This document shows, in pieces, positions 10,401 to 20,449 of a DNA stretch of 62,793 nucleotides (the first letter of the stretch is position 1; every line of letters starts with the position of its first letter). A program made the translations under genes and the position numbers. This DNA comes from a bacterium (GTDB lineage Bacteria; Chlamydiota; Chlamydiia; Chlamydiales; SM23-39). The stretch lies in the NCBI GenBank assembly GCA_021781995.1, contig JAJXVT010000005.1, positions 1 through 62,793 on the forward strand. The letters run 5' to 3'. The notes beneath the pieces are model-generated. The model was not told where the DNA came from. It searched no databases and saw nothing but the letters and a program-made list of their open reading frames with translations.

Positions 10401-13400
10401 AAGCGGCGCTAATACAGCTGTTTTACCAGATCCCATAATGGCTTCTAAGAAGACAGGATTTGGTTGTTCACTTTCTAGTAATTGTTGTAAAAATTGAATT
10501 TGATTTTTGCGTAATACCATATTCGAATAATATTCGAACACGAGATAAGCGGGTTGGTAATTCCTTGAATGTTGGCGGCGGAGATACCGATCGGCACCGT
10601 TATAAATAGTTGCGATATCATTTTGAGAAAGATGGGGATTGAGGCAAGTTAAAAGAGATGAATTTTGTGTGCCAAAACTTACCAGGATGTCATCGGTATT
10701 GATCATGCGAGTTTGTTCGGATGATAAAGTTAACCTATATTGTTGTTGTCTGAAAGGATCTTCTGGCGCTCGATTGGCTAGATCGAGAATCTCTTGTGGC
10801 AGGCTTTCAGGATTGCGAGCCATTAAAAATCTCGGTTGTGGTCTATCGATAACAGCCGGTGGGTGCCAGCCGGAAGGCGTTTGATTCAATATCACGGGAC
10901 TTGTTGATGTTGTATGCAAGCTTTGATAGCGTCTAACCGCTGTAGAGTTTATCCAATCAGTCCGAATTTGAGAATTGCCCATTTGTTCCCAGTTTAAAGG
11001 TTCAAATTGTTGCGGGTTTTTAAGAACGGCTAGTAGTAAATCAGCTCCAGCGTGCTGTTGCGATTTATGCGCAGCAAGTAAGATGCTCAATCTGTGTTTC
11101 TGTTCGGTGGTTCCCGTTCTAGCTAAATTTAAATAATACCAAAAATTGCTCTGAAAATGGTTGAATGTCTGTATAAAATGTGACGATGCAAAATTGTAGT
11201 CATGGACTGGGGGAATTCCAGAGAATTGCCTAAAGTTAAACTGATTTACATGATTGGCTGTTGTGTCCGGCTGCGCGATAGAGGAGATAGGAGAGATTGT
11301 AGTTGTAGGATTCAATGTGTTGAGCCGAAAGAGAAAGGGAGAAGAGAGCGGGGATGGAAGTAAAGCGAGAAGGCTCATTTCTTCTTCTTTAGTTAAGCGG
11401 AGCGCAGTCACGTGCTGCAATCGATTGAGATAATTAGAATAAAGATCTTTTATTGTTTTAATATATTTTGGTTTTCGATCAATGTGTTTTTTATATTTTC
11501 CTAATAAAAGAGCCGAAAATAACGATATAGTTAGTTGGTCTGAATTGTAAGGAGCATCTGGATCGGTGGTGTTGGCTAGTGCTAAAAGTCGGTCTTCTTC
11601 TAATTGGGTATATTCAGTGAGTTTGTTTCCGAAGCGTCTTAAGTATTGAGCTGCCTTTGTATAGTTGTGTTGATTCATTAAAATTTGCGCGATGAAAAAG
11701 GCTGATTCCCTTGAATCGGGAATTATGTCGCCATGATCGTCAATGTCGAGAAAAAAATGGCGAAGATTAGATTGGTTTGGAGCAAAATCCACTATGCTGA
11801 GCGATCTTAAAGGATCCATTCTTATCTCTTGGGATCCTTCAAATAATGGAAGTAGGATTTTAAAGCGATTTTCTTGTTGTAGAACATAATACACTTGATA
11901 AGAGCCTAAAAGATCGCATCTGGTGTTTGGGGTGAATTTCCAATCTGGATATTGTTCGCAGCTCCACGAGGTATTGGGTTGCTCATCCTGAATGAATCGT
12001 AAATTCAGCCGATGAAATACTCTTTCGTTCGGCCCTGACGCTGGAGATATATATAAGCAGTCATAATCAAGAATATTGCGTTCATTGCTAAGGCCCCATC
12101 GCACTGGGGCTTGATCGTAAACTCTCTGTAATCTGCGATTTGCGGAGGTATACACGAGTCGATGCGGCGCATGTTTTTCTCTCAATTGCCAATGGTTGTC
12201 ATCGCGCCAAATATGGTATCTCAGACGTAGATTATATGGTATTTCCCGGGCGAGTTCATTATTCGCATGAAATAATAATTCTGGAGCGGACTCTGATTCG
12301 TGCGCAAACCGAATAAATAGAGAAAAGACATTTTCTCTCAATTCTATCCTTGCGCGAAGGTCCATTCCGTTTTCTTGATATGAGAAGCGGTATTCGTTGT
12401 CTGCTTTGATCACTGTGCGAACGAGTGGAAATAGCGATTGAATGATAGGGAGCTCTTGTATGGAAGCTGGGATGGGAATTTCTTGTTCTTCTGTAGGGGC
12501 ATTTGCAGCCGGTAGGGAGGCTGCATGTTTAGCGAAAGCAGCGCAAGCTTCCCATTGAGATGCTTGGTGATGTCCGTGAGATGGTAAATCTAGTTGCGCC
12601 AAGTATGTTCGAGCGAGTAATAATTCTTGCGCTTGCATTTCGCTGAGTCGTTCTACTGTATTGTAATAAGCTGCGAGTTCTATATAAATTAAAGATCGTT
12701 GTTCCGTAGAATTTGCCTGGCGTAATAAATCGCGAATCAGAGGCAGTTCATCGAGAAATTGGGTAGCATATAAACTGCCTAAGCGCTTAGATAATCTTAA
12801 AATAAATAGTGAAAGAAGTGGATTGGCCAAGGTTTCAGTAATAGACCATATAGTGCGAAAATGGTGGCGCAAGGGTTCCTGCGCCATACTGCATATATTT
12901 TGGCCGGAAAAAAGAATGGTTTCGAAGAGATCAGTGTTAGACCACGATGTGAATATTTCGATGTTGCGTTCCAAATATCCCATTGCTTCTGCAGTTCGGC
13001 ACTGATGTGTTGTGCATAAATGCAAAAGTTCTCGTGTTTTTTCAGAATAGTCTCTAGAGGAGAATTGTCTCCAGAGAGTTTCTCTTGGCTCTGTTCTGTT
13101 GTACCCTCCCGCAATCTCAGCTATAGGATGAAGAGAGATTTGAGATTGTTGTAAGACCTTTACGAATGCAGTCATTGCGTGGGTATGAATATTTTCGTAT
13201 TGTTTTAGCCAGGGAGCTATGCGTTCAATGTGTTCTGAATTTAGATAATCTTGAATGCGACGTTCTTTTCTCACTTCAGAAATTTCATAGTCTGCAAAAG
13301 AATTTCTGAATCGAGCAAATAGTGGAGATTTATCTACAATTGCATATACTGGCGCTTGAAGAGTATAAGATAATGTTATGGGGGAGCCAACTTCAGGGAA

Positions 13401-15434
13401 AACATCATAGACTGTTTTAGTATGCTGTTGAGAATGAGGACTGAGTGCACTATGCCACTCTTGCCACATTTGGCAATCCCAGAAGCAAATATCATCTGTA
13501 CCTCCTAAAATTTTATTTTTATGATCTAGGGATGGGAAATGCAATTCCATGAAACGGTCTCTTGTAGCGCGGTCAGATTTAAAATAAACTTTCACGGAAA
13601 ATTCGGAGAGTATTCGCAACGGCGTTTGTAAAATGTGTGCAATTTTACACAAAGTATAGAGTTGTGCATGAGAAGAGGAAGTGGAGTCGCCGCTCAAAAC
13701 AATAGTATTGGTGAGCTCCCAAAAGAATGCGATGATTTCTTCGGACGTGTGTTGCGCGCACATGCGGTTCCAAAAGGTTGAATCTAAAGGCAACCTTTTG
13801 GCCATGTCTAATGCTGCAACACAAACAGAAAAATAAAAGTTTTGACGCAACGAATCTTGTAAAAGACGTGATATAGTTTGTAATTGCGCAAAAGCTGTGG
13901 TGGGATCGGTCAGGTCGCATGCTCTTACTGCTTCCCATAGATTGGGGTCATACTGAGCTCTCATATGAGTGATGGGGATGTTGCATTCGGTAGAGCGTTC
14001 CGCAGTCAAATCGGGTGAAAGTCCAATATGTGGCCACATGGTATTGCGATGGGTGTTAAGATTGTCTCTTAAAACGGCAAATCGCTGCTCAGCGTTTGTA
14101 ATATACCGATCCCCGATGATCCCTTTTCTCTGAAGGCTTAGCATTTTGCGGCATGCGAATAAATGAGATCTATGCAAAAGAGCACTTTGCGACTCGGACT
14201 CTATGGGTTGATTGCCTAATAATTCTAAACTATGAATCAAGAGGTCGATTTTTAATCGGCGGAAATCTTGTAGGGGCATCCGTGGTTTTATGGCCGCAAA
14301 TAAAGAGGCCGTTTGACATGTGCCCGATCGTTGTGCGCGCACTACACATGCGGGATCTGGACGCTGTCTTTTGGGTTGCAGCGCCTCTTGTAGCATTTCA
14401 TAGACCATGCATATGCGAACAGGTGATTTATTGCTGATTTCTTCGGGTATATGCTGTAACGACCAAAGTGTTTCAGCAAATAAAGGACTTGTAAACTTTC
14501 TCAATTCGATGTCAAGCCAAAGCAGCGCTTGTACTTTTGTTTGATGGCCGATAGTTATGCATTGATGTTTGAGTGTCGCCCCTTCGCCTGCATTGAAAAT
14601 GCGTAAGTGTGCGCGGAAACGATTGATCGGGATCAATTCCAACATGATGGCGTGGCCGGGATTGCCATTGTATCCGCTGGGAATCAAAATAGGTTGTTGA
14701 CGCTCGATTGCCTGTCGCAGCTCAAGTTGAATTGCGGCAATTGCCTCTTCTCTAGGAAGCTGATAACTTTGGTTTATGCGTAATGCAGCTTCTAATGCTG
14801 GAAGTAGAGGATTTTCTATATCACCGCGTTGCCTTAAATAAGAAATGAGCTGGGGTAGTCCTCGATGTTCAAGTCGATTCATTGCACTGGCTTGAGATCC
14901 AGAAAATTCATCGCCAAATGCATTTGCGAGGAAGGCTAAGTCGGATTGCCAGTGTTCAGGCAATGGTGGCACGTCGTCTTGTGGAATTTGGGCCGGAATT
15001 TCTGAAAGATGTTCGTTTGGCAATTCATTGCGTGGTAGATGTGCGAGAAATAGTTCGCGATGAGGATCTTCCCGTAGATAATGTTGGTATTGCTCATATA
15101 GAGGTTTTAAACGTGGAGCTACTCGATCTTGTTCTTCAGGATCTAAAAGTGCAAACGAGCGAAAAATAGAGAGAACATCTTGTGGTAAATATTCTCCTGT
15201 CGGATCGGCGCAAGCAATTTGCAAAAGAGATATAGGTTGCACACGCTGTCGTAATTTATCGATGCTCAATGCGATCAATAGAGGCAGTACTGCAAGAGAT
15301 AGTAAAATATTTACTATCAGAGCGGTGACCTTTTTAATTAAAGAGGAATTCTTGTTAGGTAGCAGTGTACAGGAAAATTTATAATTTTCGCGTGTTACCG
15401 GAGATGGGAGAAATGTATTGATGAGCGTATTCAC
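7473..15434 (-). CDS. Very large DUF3638-like protein with N-terminal cysteine-protease-like motifs and C-terminal SF2/SecA-like ATPase motifs
   Basis: 2653 aa; GHA...FNAG...QRSGTC near the N-terminus; MGSGKT, FDEVD, GFTGT, TTGADV, QAVWRMR in the C-terminal half. Confidence 0.75.
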   Translation of the reverse strand: MNTLINTFLPSPVTRENYKFSCTLLPNKNSSLIKKVTALIVNILLSLAVLPLLIALSIDKLRQRVQPISLLQIACADPTGEYLPQDVLSIFRSFALLDPEEQDRVAPRLKPLYEQYQHYLREDPHRELFLAHLPRNELPNEHLSEIPAQIPQDDVPPLPEHWQSDLAFLANAFGDEFSGSQASAMNRLEHRGLPQLISYLRQRGDIENPLLPALEAALRINQSYQLPREEAIAAIQLELRQAIERQQPILIPSGYNGNPGHAIMLELIPINRFRAHLRIFNAGEGATLKHQCITIGHQTKVQALLWLDIELRKFTSPLFAETLWSLQHIPEEISNKSPVRICMVYEMLQEALQPKRQRPDPACVVRAQRSGTCQTASLFAAIKPRMPLQDFRRLKIDLLIHSLELLGNQPIESESQSALLHRSHLFACRKMLSLQRKGIIGDRYITNAEQRFAVLRDNLNTHRNTMWPHIGLSPDLTAERSTECNIPITHMRAQYDPNLWEAVRACDLTDPTTAFAQLQTISRLLQDSLRQNFYFSVCVAALDMAKRLPLDSTFWNRMCAQHTSEEIIAFFWELTNTIVLSGDSTSSSHAQLYTLCKIAHILQTPLRILSEFSVKVYFKSDRATRDRFMELHFPSLDHKNKILGGTDDICFWDCQMWQEWHSALSPHSQQHTKTVYDVFPEVGSPITLSYTLQAPVYAIVDKSPLFARFRNSFADYEISEVRKERRIQDYLNSEHIERIAPWLKQYENIHTHAMTAFVKVLQQSQISLHPIAEIAGGYNRTEPRETLWRQFSSRDYSEKTRELLHLCTTHQCRTAEAMGYLERNIEIFTSWSNTDLFETILFSGQNICSMAQEPLRHHFRTIWSITETLANPLLSLFILRLSKRLGSLYATQFLDELPLIRDLLRQANSTEQRSLIYIELAAYYNTVERLSEMQAQELLLARTYLAQLDLPSHGHHQASQWEACAAFAKHAASLPAANAPTEEQEIPIPASIQELPIIQSLFPLVRTVIKADNEYRFSYQENGMDLRARIELRENVFSLFIRFAHESESAPELLFHANNELAREIPYNLRLRYHIWRDDNHWQLREKHAPHRLVYTSANRRLQRVYDQAPVRWGLSNERNILDYDCLYISPASGPNERVFHRLNLRFIQDEQPNTSWSCEQYPDWKFTPNTRCDLLGSYQVYYVLQQENRFKILLPLFEGSQEIRMDPLRSLSIVDFAPNQSNLRHFFLDIDDHGDIIPDSRESAFFIAQILMNQHNYTKAAQYLRRFGNKLTEYTQLEEDRLLALANTTDPDAPYNSDQLTISLFSALLLGKYKKHIDRKPKYIKTIKDLYSNYLNRLQHVTALRLTKEEEMSLLALLPSPLSSPFLFRLNTLNPTTTISPISSIAQPDTTANHVNQFNFRQFSGIPPVHDYNFASSHFIQTFNHFQSNFWYYLNLARTGTTEQKHRLSILLAAHKSQQHAGADLLLAVLKNPQQFEPLNWEQMGNSQIRTDWINSTAVRRYQSLHTTSTSPVILNQTPSGWHPPAVIDRPQPRFLMARNPESLPQEILDLANRAPEDPFRQQQYRLTLSSEQTRMINTDDILVSFGTQNSSLLTCLNPHLSQNDIATIYNGADRYLRRQHSRNYQPAYLVFEYYSNMVLRKNQIQFLQQLLESEQPNPVFLEAIMGSGKTAVLAPLIGVLRADGKQLSLIVVPEPLLSEISTQMQSRLASVFHNRLHLVSFNRNIECSQSHLRALYHSLQSAIVNRQCVITTDHSLQALLLKYIELCDEHMQQDRPFGVEIELLHNILSLLRTSSYPLFDEVDTIFDLRHELNFSVGLKVPIAAPYVKAIGDIYELLFTDEQLKRIARIETDPRPDGSAPPLTLTLYRTQLLPILAEKMSLQLQQIPEFAQASRAHVLAYLLRDATLDRETQELFSNLSHLNQDILALISEQLNNILPQVLLDPYNIKYGLDQAVYAVPFTAANTPCAGSEFANCYVTANYTFQIYWKQRLQNKDIRNLIDLLIRQAKEESRQYDPPRPLQDTNSYRLFLGIRGDNLIGLSTHITDAHIDILIERLEQRENAPLKRQVIERCFISQIKTFSERLSCNPIILAGLFKRFSGFTGTLWITRSLHAKIQTLPDQTIIPTTMRLLEQMQTECNRQAQRFCITVQTAEVDEMLDSIVENAPAFSMIADAGGLFKDIDNTLLAHRLKMRIPQRQVVHFDKTNSLLIASQDLPDRPFDRTRDLPHSRMTFLDQNHTTGADVPQAPDAIGLITIGRQITQRTLLQAVWRMRGLSTGQSVRFIIDSDTRHIILTQLNLQANTEITLEHIDQFAQHNQKLRIDEDAISAFVLQNNLFGQELALDILADPTISNAERKRRFAQVRSAWFQSGNIAPRVLYGTFAKSITREQFLGQMTQERESSLQRMREWAPHMIHDVAEEITRLEEPTVTDRLPGSIVRVIHSDQTVTLQSMQMQQAHHYTNPIDQSIKFTYSQIAPTISLPSLMANFELLNRKLKSINNEVHHCFESIWVSPNFLGEPECNPTCLFNKYALPFLHLLIQGDRVVLLSAIEAEALDDKLLPLYYCLTSGFVNDPTQRLTPNALLQVAQLKFLNGDVEYTQREMQVLQHWLQRSGPRRMLAFFTSTILNTDEKRRRFEQSHLNQWFQETIRL

Positions 15435-15486
15435 GCAATAATTTTACATTAACTTTGTTTAAAAGAAAATGTAAAATAGAAGGTGT

Positions 15487-15520
15487 AAAATATAAAGGCT
15501 GCAAACCGCAGCCTTTATAT
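15487..15520 (-). terminator. Rho-independent terminator of htrA
   Basis: 13-bp perfect stem atataaaggctgc / gcagcctttatat, 5-nt loop, just past the htrA stop. Confidence 0.75.
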
Positions 15521-15528
15521 AAATTTTT

Positions 15529-16950
15529 CTACAATTTTAGGGTGTAATAGCGTTGGTAATTTTGTTGGCGAATGATCAGAATGATGTGCTTCTTATCCCC
15601 TAAATCTTTCAATGTTTCATTGAAATCAGATAAGTTGCGAACTCTTTTTTGACTATTGAGATTGAGCGCAACACCTGTGATCACAAAGCCGGGGCGGATG
15701 CCTGCCAGGGCTGCGGATGAGTTGGGTTTGACCTTTGTAATGACAACTCCTTCCGTATCAGAACTCAATCCCAATTTAGTGGCTGTTTCTGCGTTGAGAT
15801 TTTCTACTTCTAAGCCTATTTTTGAGACGATTTCAGCGGCAGCTACTTCATTTGTTTGTACGCCGAGTTTAACGGATAGCGTCATGGGCTGGCCATTGCG
15901 CAAAATGCGAAGTTTGACTGTAGAATCCGGCGTCATCAAACCGATATCATTGCGGAATTTGGTTACGCTTTTAGCTGCTTTATCATTGTAACTAAGGACG
16001 ATATCTCCTGGTTGAATGCCAGCCTGATAAGCGGGGGAATCTTTCACGACATCGGAAATTAAAACGCCTTCTTGTTTATCGAGACCCAGCGCCTCGCTGA
16101 GCTCTTTGTCAACCGGTTGCAGCATGATGCCGAGAAAGGCCCTTCTCACGTTGCCGCCGCTGAGTATTTGTTCAATTACGTTGCCAGCCATTTTGCTAGG
16201 GATGGAAAAGCCTATGCCTTGATAACCGCCGGAACGCGTAAAGATCGCTGTGTTGACGCCGATGACTTCACATTGCAAATTGAGAAGGGGACCTCCGGAA
16301 TTGCCGGGATTGATTGCAGCATCTGTTTGGATAAAATCTTCATACGAGGCAATGCCCAGATCTTGGCGCCCTTTTGCACTGACAACACCTACGGAAAGCG
16401 AAGCGTCAAAGCCAAAAGGATTGCCAATGGCAACTACCCATTCTCCAACTTGTAATTCATCGGAATCTCCAAATCGCAAAAAAGGCAGATCCTTTTCTTC
16501 GATTTTTAACAAAGCTAAATCTGTGTTTGGATCGGATCCTTTGACGATAGCGGCATATTCGCGGCCGTCATTGAGAATGACGGTGATTTGCGAAGCGTCT
16601 TTCACTACGTGGAAATTGGTGACGATAAAACCATCGTCTTGAATGATAAAACCCGATCCGCTGGACATCTGCGGCTGTGGCGGCTGCATTTGAAAATTTT
16701 GACCGAAAAATTGTCGAAAGAGATCGTCGTGAAATGGCGAGGTTTGCATCTGCTGCGTTTCAGCGGCTTTGACCTCGGCTTTGATAAATACGGTTGCTGG
16801 CATTGCCTTTTTTGCAATTTGTGTAAATGCTAAAGAGGTTTGTTCGAGCAGGGTGGCCCCTGTATCTGCGCTCGGCTGTTGATTTGCACAAAACACCGAG
16901 GTGCTCATCATGGATAGACAAATAGTAGTAGCGACAAATTTATACATCAT
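15529..16950 (-). CDS. htrA: Do/DegQ-family serine protease with two PDZ domains
   Basis: Signal peptide from MMYKFV; TNFHVV, DLALL, QTDAAINPGNSGGPL. Confidence 0.93.
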   Translation of the reverse strand: MMYKFVATTICLSMMSTSVFCANQQPSADTGATLLEQTSLAFTQIAKKAMPATVFIKAEVKAAETQQMQTSPFHDDLFRQFFGQNFQMQPPQPQMSSGSGFIIQDDGFIVTNFHVVKDASQITVILNDGREYAAIVKGSDPNTDLALLKIEEKDLPFLRFGDSDELQVGEWVVAIGNPFGFDASLSVGVVSAKGRQDLGIASYEDFIQTDAAINPGNSGGPLLNLQCEVIGVNTAIFTRSGGYQGIGFSIPSKMAGNVIEQILSGGNVRRAFLGIMLQPVDKELSEALGLDKQEGVLISDVVKDSPAYQAGIQPGDIVLSYNDKAAKSVTKFRNDIGLMTPDSTVKLRILRNGQPMTLSVKLGVQTNEVAAAEIVSKIGLEVENLNAETATKLGLSSDTEGVVITKVKPNSSAALAGIRPGFVITGVALNLNSQKRVRNLSDFNETLKDLGDKKHIILIIRQQNYQRYYTLKL

Positions 16951-16981
16951 AATGAAAATTCCTTGCAAAAACAGAATATTA

Positions 16982-19912
16982 TCAAAAAGTTTTGAGCTCA
17001 CTTGTGTATTTGGTCATTTTTTCTTTTTCCCAAAGGGGTTCTCCTAAGAATGAAACGGTCGCCGAAGGGAGATGTTTCAGCCGTTCTACAGCGTGCATGA
17101 TGTGCGATCGCGAGGTGGATAGAATTTGTTCTCTTAGGTGTTGTCGATCGGCAAATGTGCGTTCTGCGCGAAGCCATGCATAGGCTGCAGCCGCCCGATT
17201 GGAAGGGGGAACAGGGGTGTCTAGTGATGCGATTAGGCCTAATTTCGCCTCTTCTAAATCGTTATCGGTAAAAGATCCTTCAGCAATTATGTCGATGGAT
17301 TTGTGAAATGTTTGCAGTGTGGTTGATAAATGGGGGTCGCGGTATGAATAAAAATGAAAATTGCCTGTGCTAGGAGCGTAGGATGCGCCGCTTCCGTAGG
17401 CGCCTCCTTTTTCTCTCACTTCTTTATGAAGAAAGACATTGGATAGCAACTCTGTTGCCAACATGAGCGGTGCAGCGCTGGGGTCGCTGTAGGCGCAGGT
17501 TCGCATTCCCAATGCGGTAAATGCCACAGGAGATGAAATGATGTGCGCAGCACTGGTCGGAGCTGGAATCGGATAGTTGCCGACCCAAGCGCTAAGTGGG
17601 GAGGTGATCGCTCTTTTGCCCAATGCGTAAAATCGCTTGGAAAGTAGTTGATCTTTATGAGATTTCTGGCAAGAGAGTATGAGATGTGGTTTGCCGGAGA
17701 TGAGCTTTTGTGCCAGCGATGCTAGGCGATCTACCCAAGCATCGGAAGAGTCTTTGACTAAAGTTTGTATAAATTGATGGTAAGGGTATCCATGCCATTG
17801 ATTGTAGATGTAAGATGCGGTAGAAAAACCGCAAAGGGCTTGCTGAACGGAGTAATTGAGGGGATTGGAGGCTAAATGCTCGTCAAGTTCGGTTGCATGT
17901 TGTAAAAGCCATTGGCCAATCCTTTCGCGATCTGCAAAATCTGAACCGTGAGAAAAGTCGGTTAGTAATTGGAAAAACTCTTCGCTTTTGCGAAATAGTG
18001 CTTTGCCGCGCAGTGAAAAGGCCGGTTTTAGACTATCTGGGTTTTTCGCAGATACGTGAAGGGCGAGATTCGCGTCGATTCCTCCTGTATGCGATTCCAT
18101 AAAATGAAGCGTTTTTTCGTGTGATCTGCCGCCGGTTCCAAGTTCTGTCCAAAGTTTTGAAAGCAACGACAACAAAGGAAGGTCTTGCTGCGCAATATCG
18201 GGTACGTCAAAAATGAGTTCGGCATAAAGAAATTGATTGGTGAAACAATCATGATGATATAGCTCAAATGCAGGTTCTGTATGATGTGTTAACGCAAAAT
18301 CCCGGGCGCGCTGCGGCACGTCGGCTAAAGCTATTTTGGGTAGGCATTCGAGGGATTGGTGCTCTGTGCTTTCTTGGTATTTTTCTAAAGCTTCAGATTC
18401 ATGGATGATTTGTAGCTTTTGCTGAGGAGTTAATTTGCTTTGAAGGATTTCTAGGCGTTGTTTTTCTTCAGCTTGCTCGCGCTCTTCTAAATTGGGGTCG
18501 GGTTTTAATACGAGTGACACAAAATGAGGATTGTCAATGAGGTAGCGCCGGATGAGATTTGGTAAGTAAGCGCGGTTTTTCAGTTTGTGTGACAATTGAG
18601 AAAAAAGAGAGTGGATTTGCAGCGCGCTTGCCGGATCGCTGCCGTGCTGCTGTAGTAAACCGGCTCTCATAAATAAATGCAGTCCGAAAGGGCCTCCTTC
18701 GGAGCTGATCTCAGTGCGCTGCAATTCGAGTTGGTGTAGAGCAGCTTCTACTCTGTCTTGGCTAATGGGGGACGAGGCGATTTTATTTAGGGTTTGAAAT
18801 AATACTTTTTTCAGTTCTCCCTCACTTCCCGATTTGCACCCTTTGCAAATAATGGAAAGCGGGATTTCTCTCATTTCGACATCAATTGACGATTCGGCTT
18901 CGTGGCAAAAACCCGATTTGAGAAGCGCCTTTTTTAAAGGCGATACGTCGGTTTCCATGAGCAAGGTGTCAATTAGGCTAAGAGCCAATACGTCTGCTTG
19001 ATCGGAGATTTTCGCAGTGAGCCAAGAAAAGGCTACTTCATATTTATCGGTGGGATCTTCTGATTTAGAAAAAGGATAGGGTTCGCTGGCGTGAACCGGC
19101 GATTTGAAGCGCGGTTGTTTTGGCAACGGGGGCGCCAACGCAATTTTGCCTCGATTCGAAAGGGCCTTTTCTTCGATGAAGTCGAGGTGATCTTGTAAGG
19201 GTAAATTGCCATAAAAATAAAAAAGACAGTGAGAAGGATGGTAGAAATCTCGATGAAATTCAATGAGTTCTTCATAAGAAAGGTCTGGGATTTCTTTTGG
19301 ATCGCCTCCTGAATTGTGGCTGTAAGGGAGGTTCGGAGTGAGATATTTGGCTATGGCCTGATGCAAACGGGATTCTGCAGACATCATCGCCCCTTTCATT
19401 TCGTTATAAACAACGCCATGAAAAACAAGAGGTGATTGCTCGTTATGGGCCTCACGGAAAGCAAGGCGATGGCCTTCTTGCAAAAAGCTCATATGCTTCA
19501 ATTGAGGATGAAAAACAGCGTCGAGGTATACCTCGAGGAGATTATAAAAATCTTGTGGTACTTGCGAACTTGCTGGGTAGCATGTAAAATCTTGCCCGGT
19601 AAATGCATTCATAAACGTATGCAGGCTGCGGCGCGTCATGGCGAAAAAAGGGTCTTTTACCGGAAATTTTTTTGAGCCGCAGAGAACTGTGTGTTCTAGA
19701 ATGTGGGCAACTCCATTAGAGGAGGTAGGCAAGGTTTGAAAAGAAAGACAAAAAACATTTTCTGGATCGTCATTGGCGATGTGTAATACTTTCGCGCCTG
19801 TCGGCTCGTGCACCAATTCAATCAACGTGCTTTGTAATTCTGGAAGCGGTTGATATTTTGTGATTTGAAAAGCGCCGTAGTGGTCGCCAACTGCGTTCAA
19901 TGCCGATTTCAT
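16982..19912 (-). CDS. M16C insulinase/presequence-protease family metallopeptidase
   Basis: HILEH inverted zinc motif, GVVYNEMKG, REKGGAYG, SYRDP. Confidence 0.93.
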   Translation of the reverse strand: MKSALNAVGDHYGAFQITKYQPLPELQSTLIELVHEPTGAKVLHIANDDPENVFCLSFQTLPTSSNGVAHILEHTVLCGSKKFPVKDPFFAMTRRSLHTFMNAFTGQDFTCYPASSQVPQDFYNLLEVYLDAVFHPQLKHMSFLQEGHRLAFREAHNEQSPLVFHGVVYNEMKGAMMSAESRLHQAIAKYLTPNLPYSHNSGGDPKEIPDLSYEELIEFHRDFYHPSHCLFYFYGNLPLQDHLDFIEEKALSNRGKIALAPPLPKQPRFKSPVHASEPYPFSKSEDPTDKYEVAFSWLTAKISDQADVLALSLIDTLLMETDVSPLKKALLKSGFCHEAESSIDVEMREIPLSIICKGCKSGSEGELKKVLFQTLNKIASSPISQDRVEAALHQLELQRTEISSEGGPFGLHLFMRAGLLQQHGSDPASALQIHSLFSQLSHKLKNRAYLPNLIRRYLIDNPHFVSLVLKPDPNLEEREQAEEKQRLEILQSKLTPQQKLQIIHESEALEKYQESTEHQSLECLPKIALADVPQRARDFALTHHTEPAFELYHHDCFTNQFLYAELIFDVPDIAQQDLPLLSLLSKLWTELGTGGRSHEKTLHFMESHTGGIDANLALHVSAKNPDSLKPAFSLRGKALFRKSEEFFQLLTDFSHGSDFADRERIGQWLLQHATELDEHLASNPLNYSVQQALCGFSTASYIYNQWHGYPYHQFIQTLVKDSSDAWVDRLASLAQKLISGKPHLILSCQKSHKDQLLSKRFYALGKRAITSPLSAWVGNYPIPAPTSAAHIISSPVAFTALGMRTCAYSDPSAAPLMLATELLSNVFLHKEVREKGGAYGSGASYAPSTGNFHFYSYRDPHLSTTLQTFHKSIDIIAEGSFTDNDLEEAKLGLIASLDTPVPPSNRAAAAYAWLRAERTFADRQHLREQILSTSRSHIMHAVERLKHLPSATVSFLGEPLWEKEKMTKYTSELKTF

Positions 19913-19936
19913 AGAAATTAGTGTAGCGAATCGGCG

Positions 19937-19975
19937 AAAAGTTAGGAAGGGCGAAAGCGCACCTTCCTGACTTTT
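19937..19975. terminator. Bidirectional-type intrinsic terminator
   Basis: aaaagttaggaagg-gcgaaagcgca-ccttcctgactttt hairpin with T tracts on both strands, just past the stop of 19984..20430. Confidence 0.7.
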
Positions 19976-19983
19976 TGAGCTAA

Positions 19984-20430
19984 TTATCGGCCTTTATTGC
20001 GTCCTGCGCGGCGCTGTTGGCCTTCTTGTTGAGCTAAACGTGTGCATTCACGGGCCATGTAATTGCACTCGCCAAGTAGTAACAGAAGATCGTTTTTCGC
20101 GCGGTTGATCGCTTGAACTGGAGCTTGTTCGCGGACATTTCTTTGCAGGGTATTCCAAGCTTGATCTACTTGTTTTTGCAACCGTTGATATGTGCTCCAT
20201 TGAATTGCTTGATTTGAAACAGATCGGCCGGCAGATGTAGTATTGGATTGTCTTGTCGCTGTGCTGCGCGAAGGAGACGCTGACGAACGGCTTCTGACAG
20301 AAGCCGAATTGGCTTGTCTTGCTGCTGTGCTGCGCGTAGGCGCTGCCGTGGAGCGGTTTCTGTTTGATATTGAATTAGATGCAGCGCCAACTGCACGGCC
20401 GGTTGTTGGCCTATTACTTCGTCTTGCCAT
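19984..20430 (-). CDS. Basic Ser/Arg/Thr/Ala-rich hypothetical protein with helical C-terminal domain
   Basis: Probable ATG at 20430 (MARRSNRP) after a gaggga RBS-like site; internal RSTAxRQxN repeat. Confidence 0.7.
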   Translation of the reverse strand: MARRSNRPTTGRAVGAASNSISNRNRSTAAPTRSTAARQANSASVRSRSSASPSRSTATRQSNTTSAGRSVSNQAIQWSTYQRLQKQVDQAWNTLQRNVREQAPVQAINRAKNDLLLLLGECNYMARECTRLAQQEGQQRRAGRNKGR

Positions 20431-20449
20431 AATATTTCCCTCTTGTGAT

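Noticed and set aside
19937-19975. Possible tRNA or ncRNA fragment
   Set aside because: A single hairpin with T tracts just after a stop codon is better explained as a terminator.
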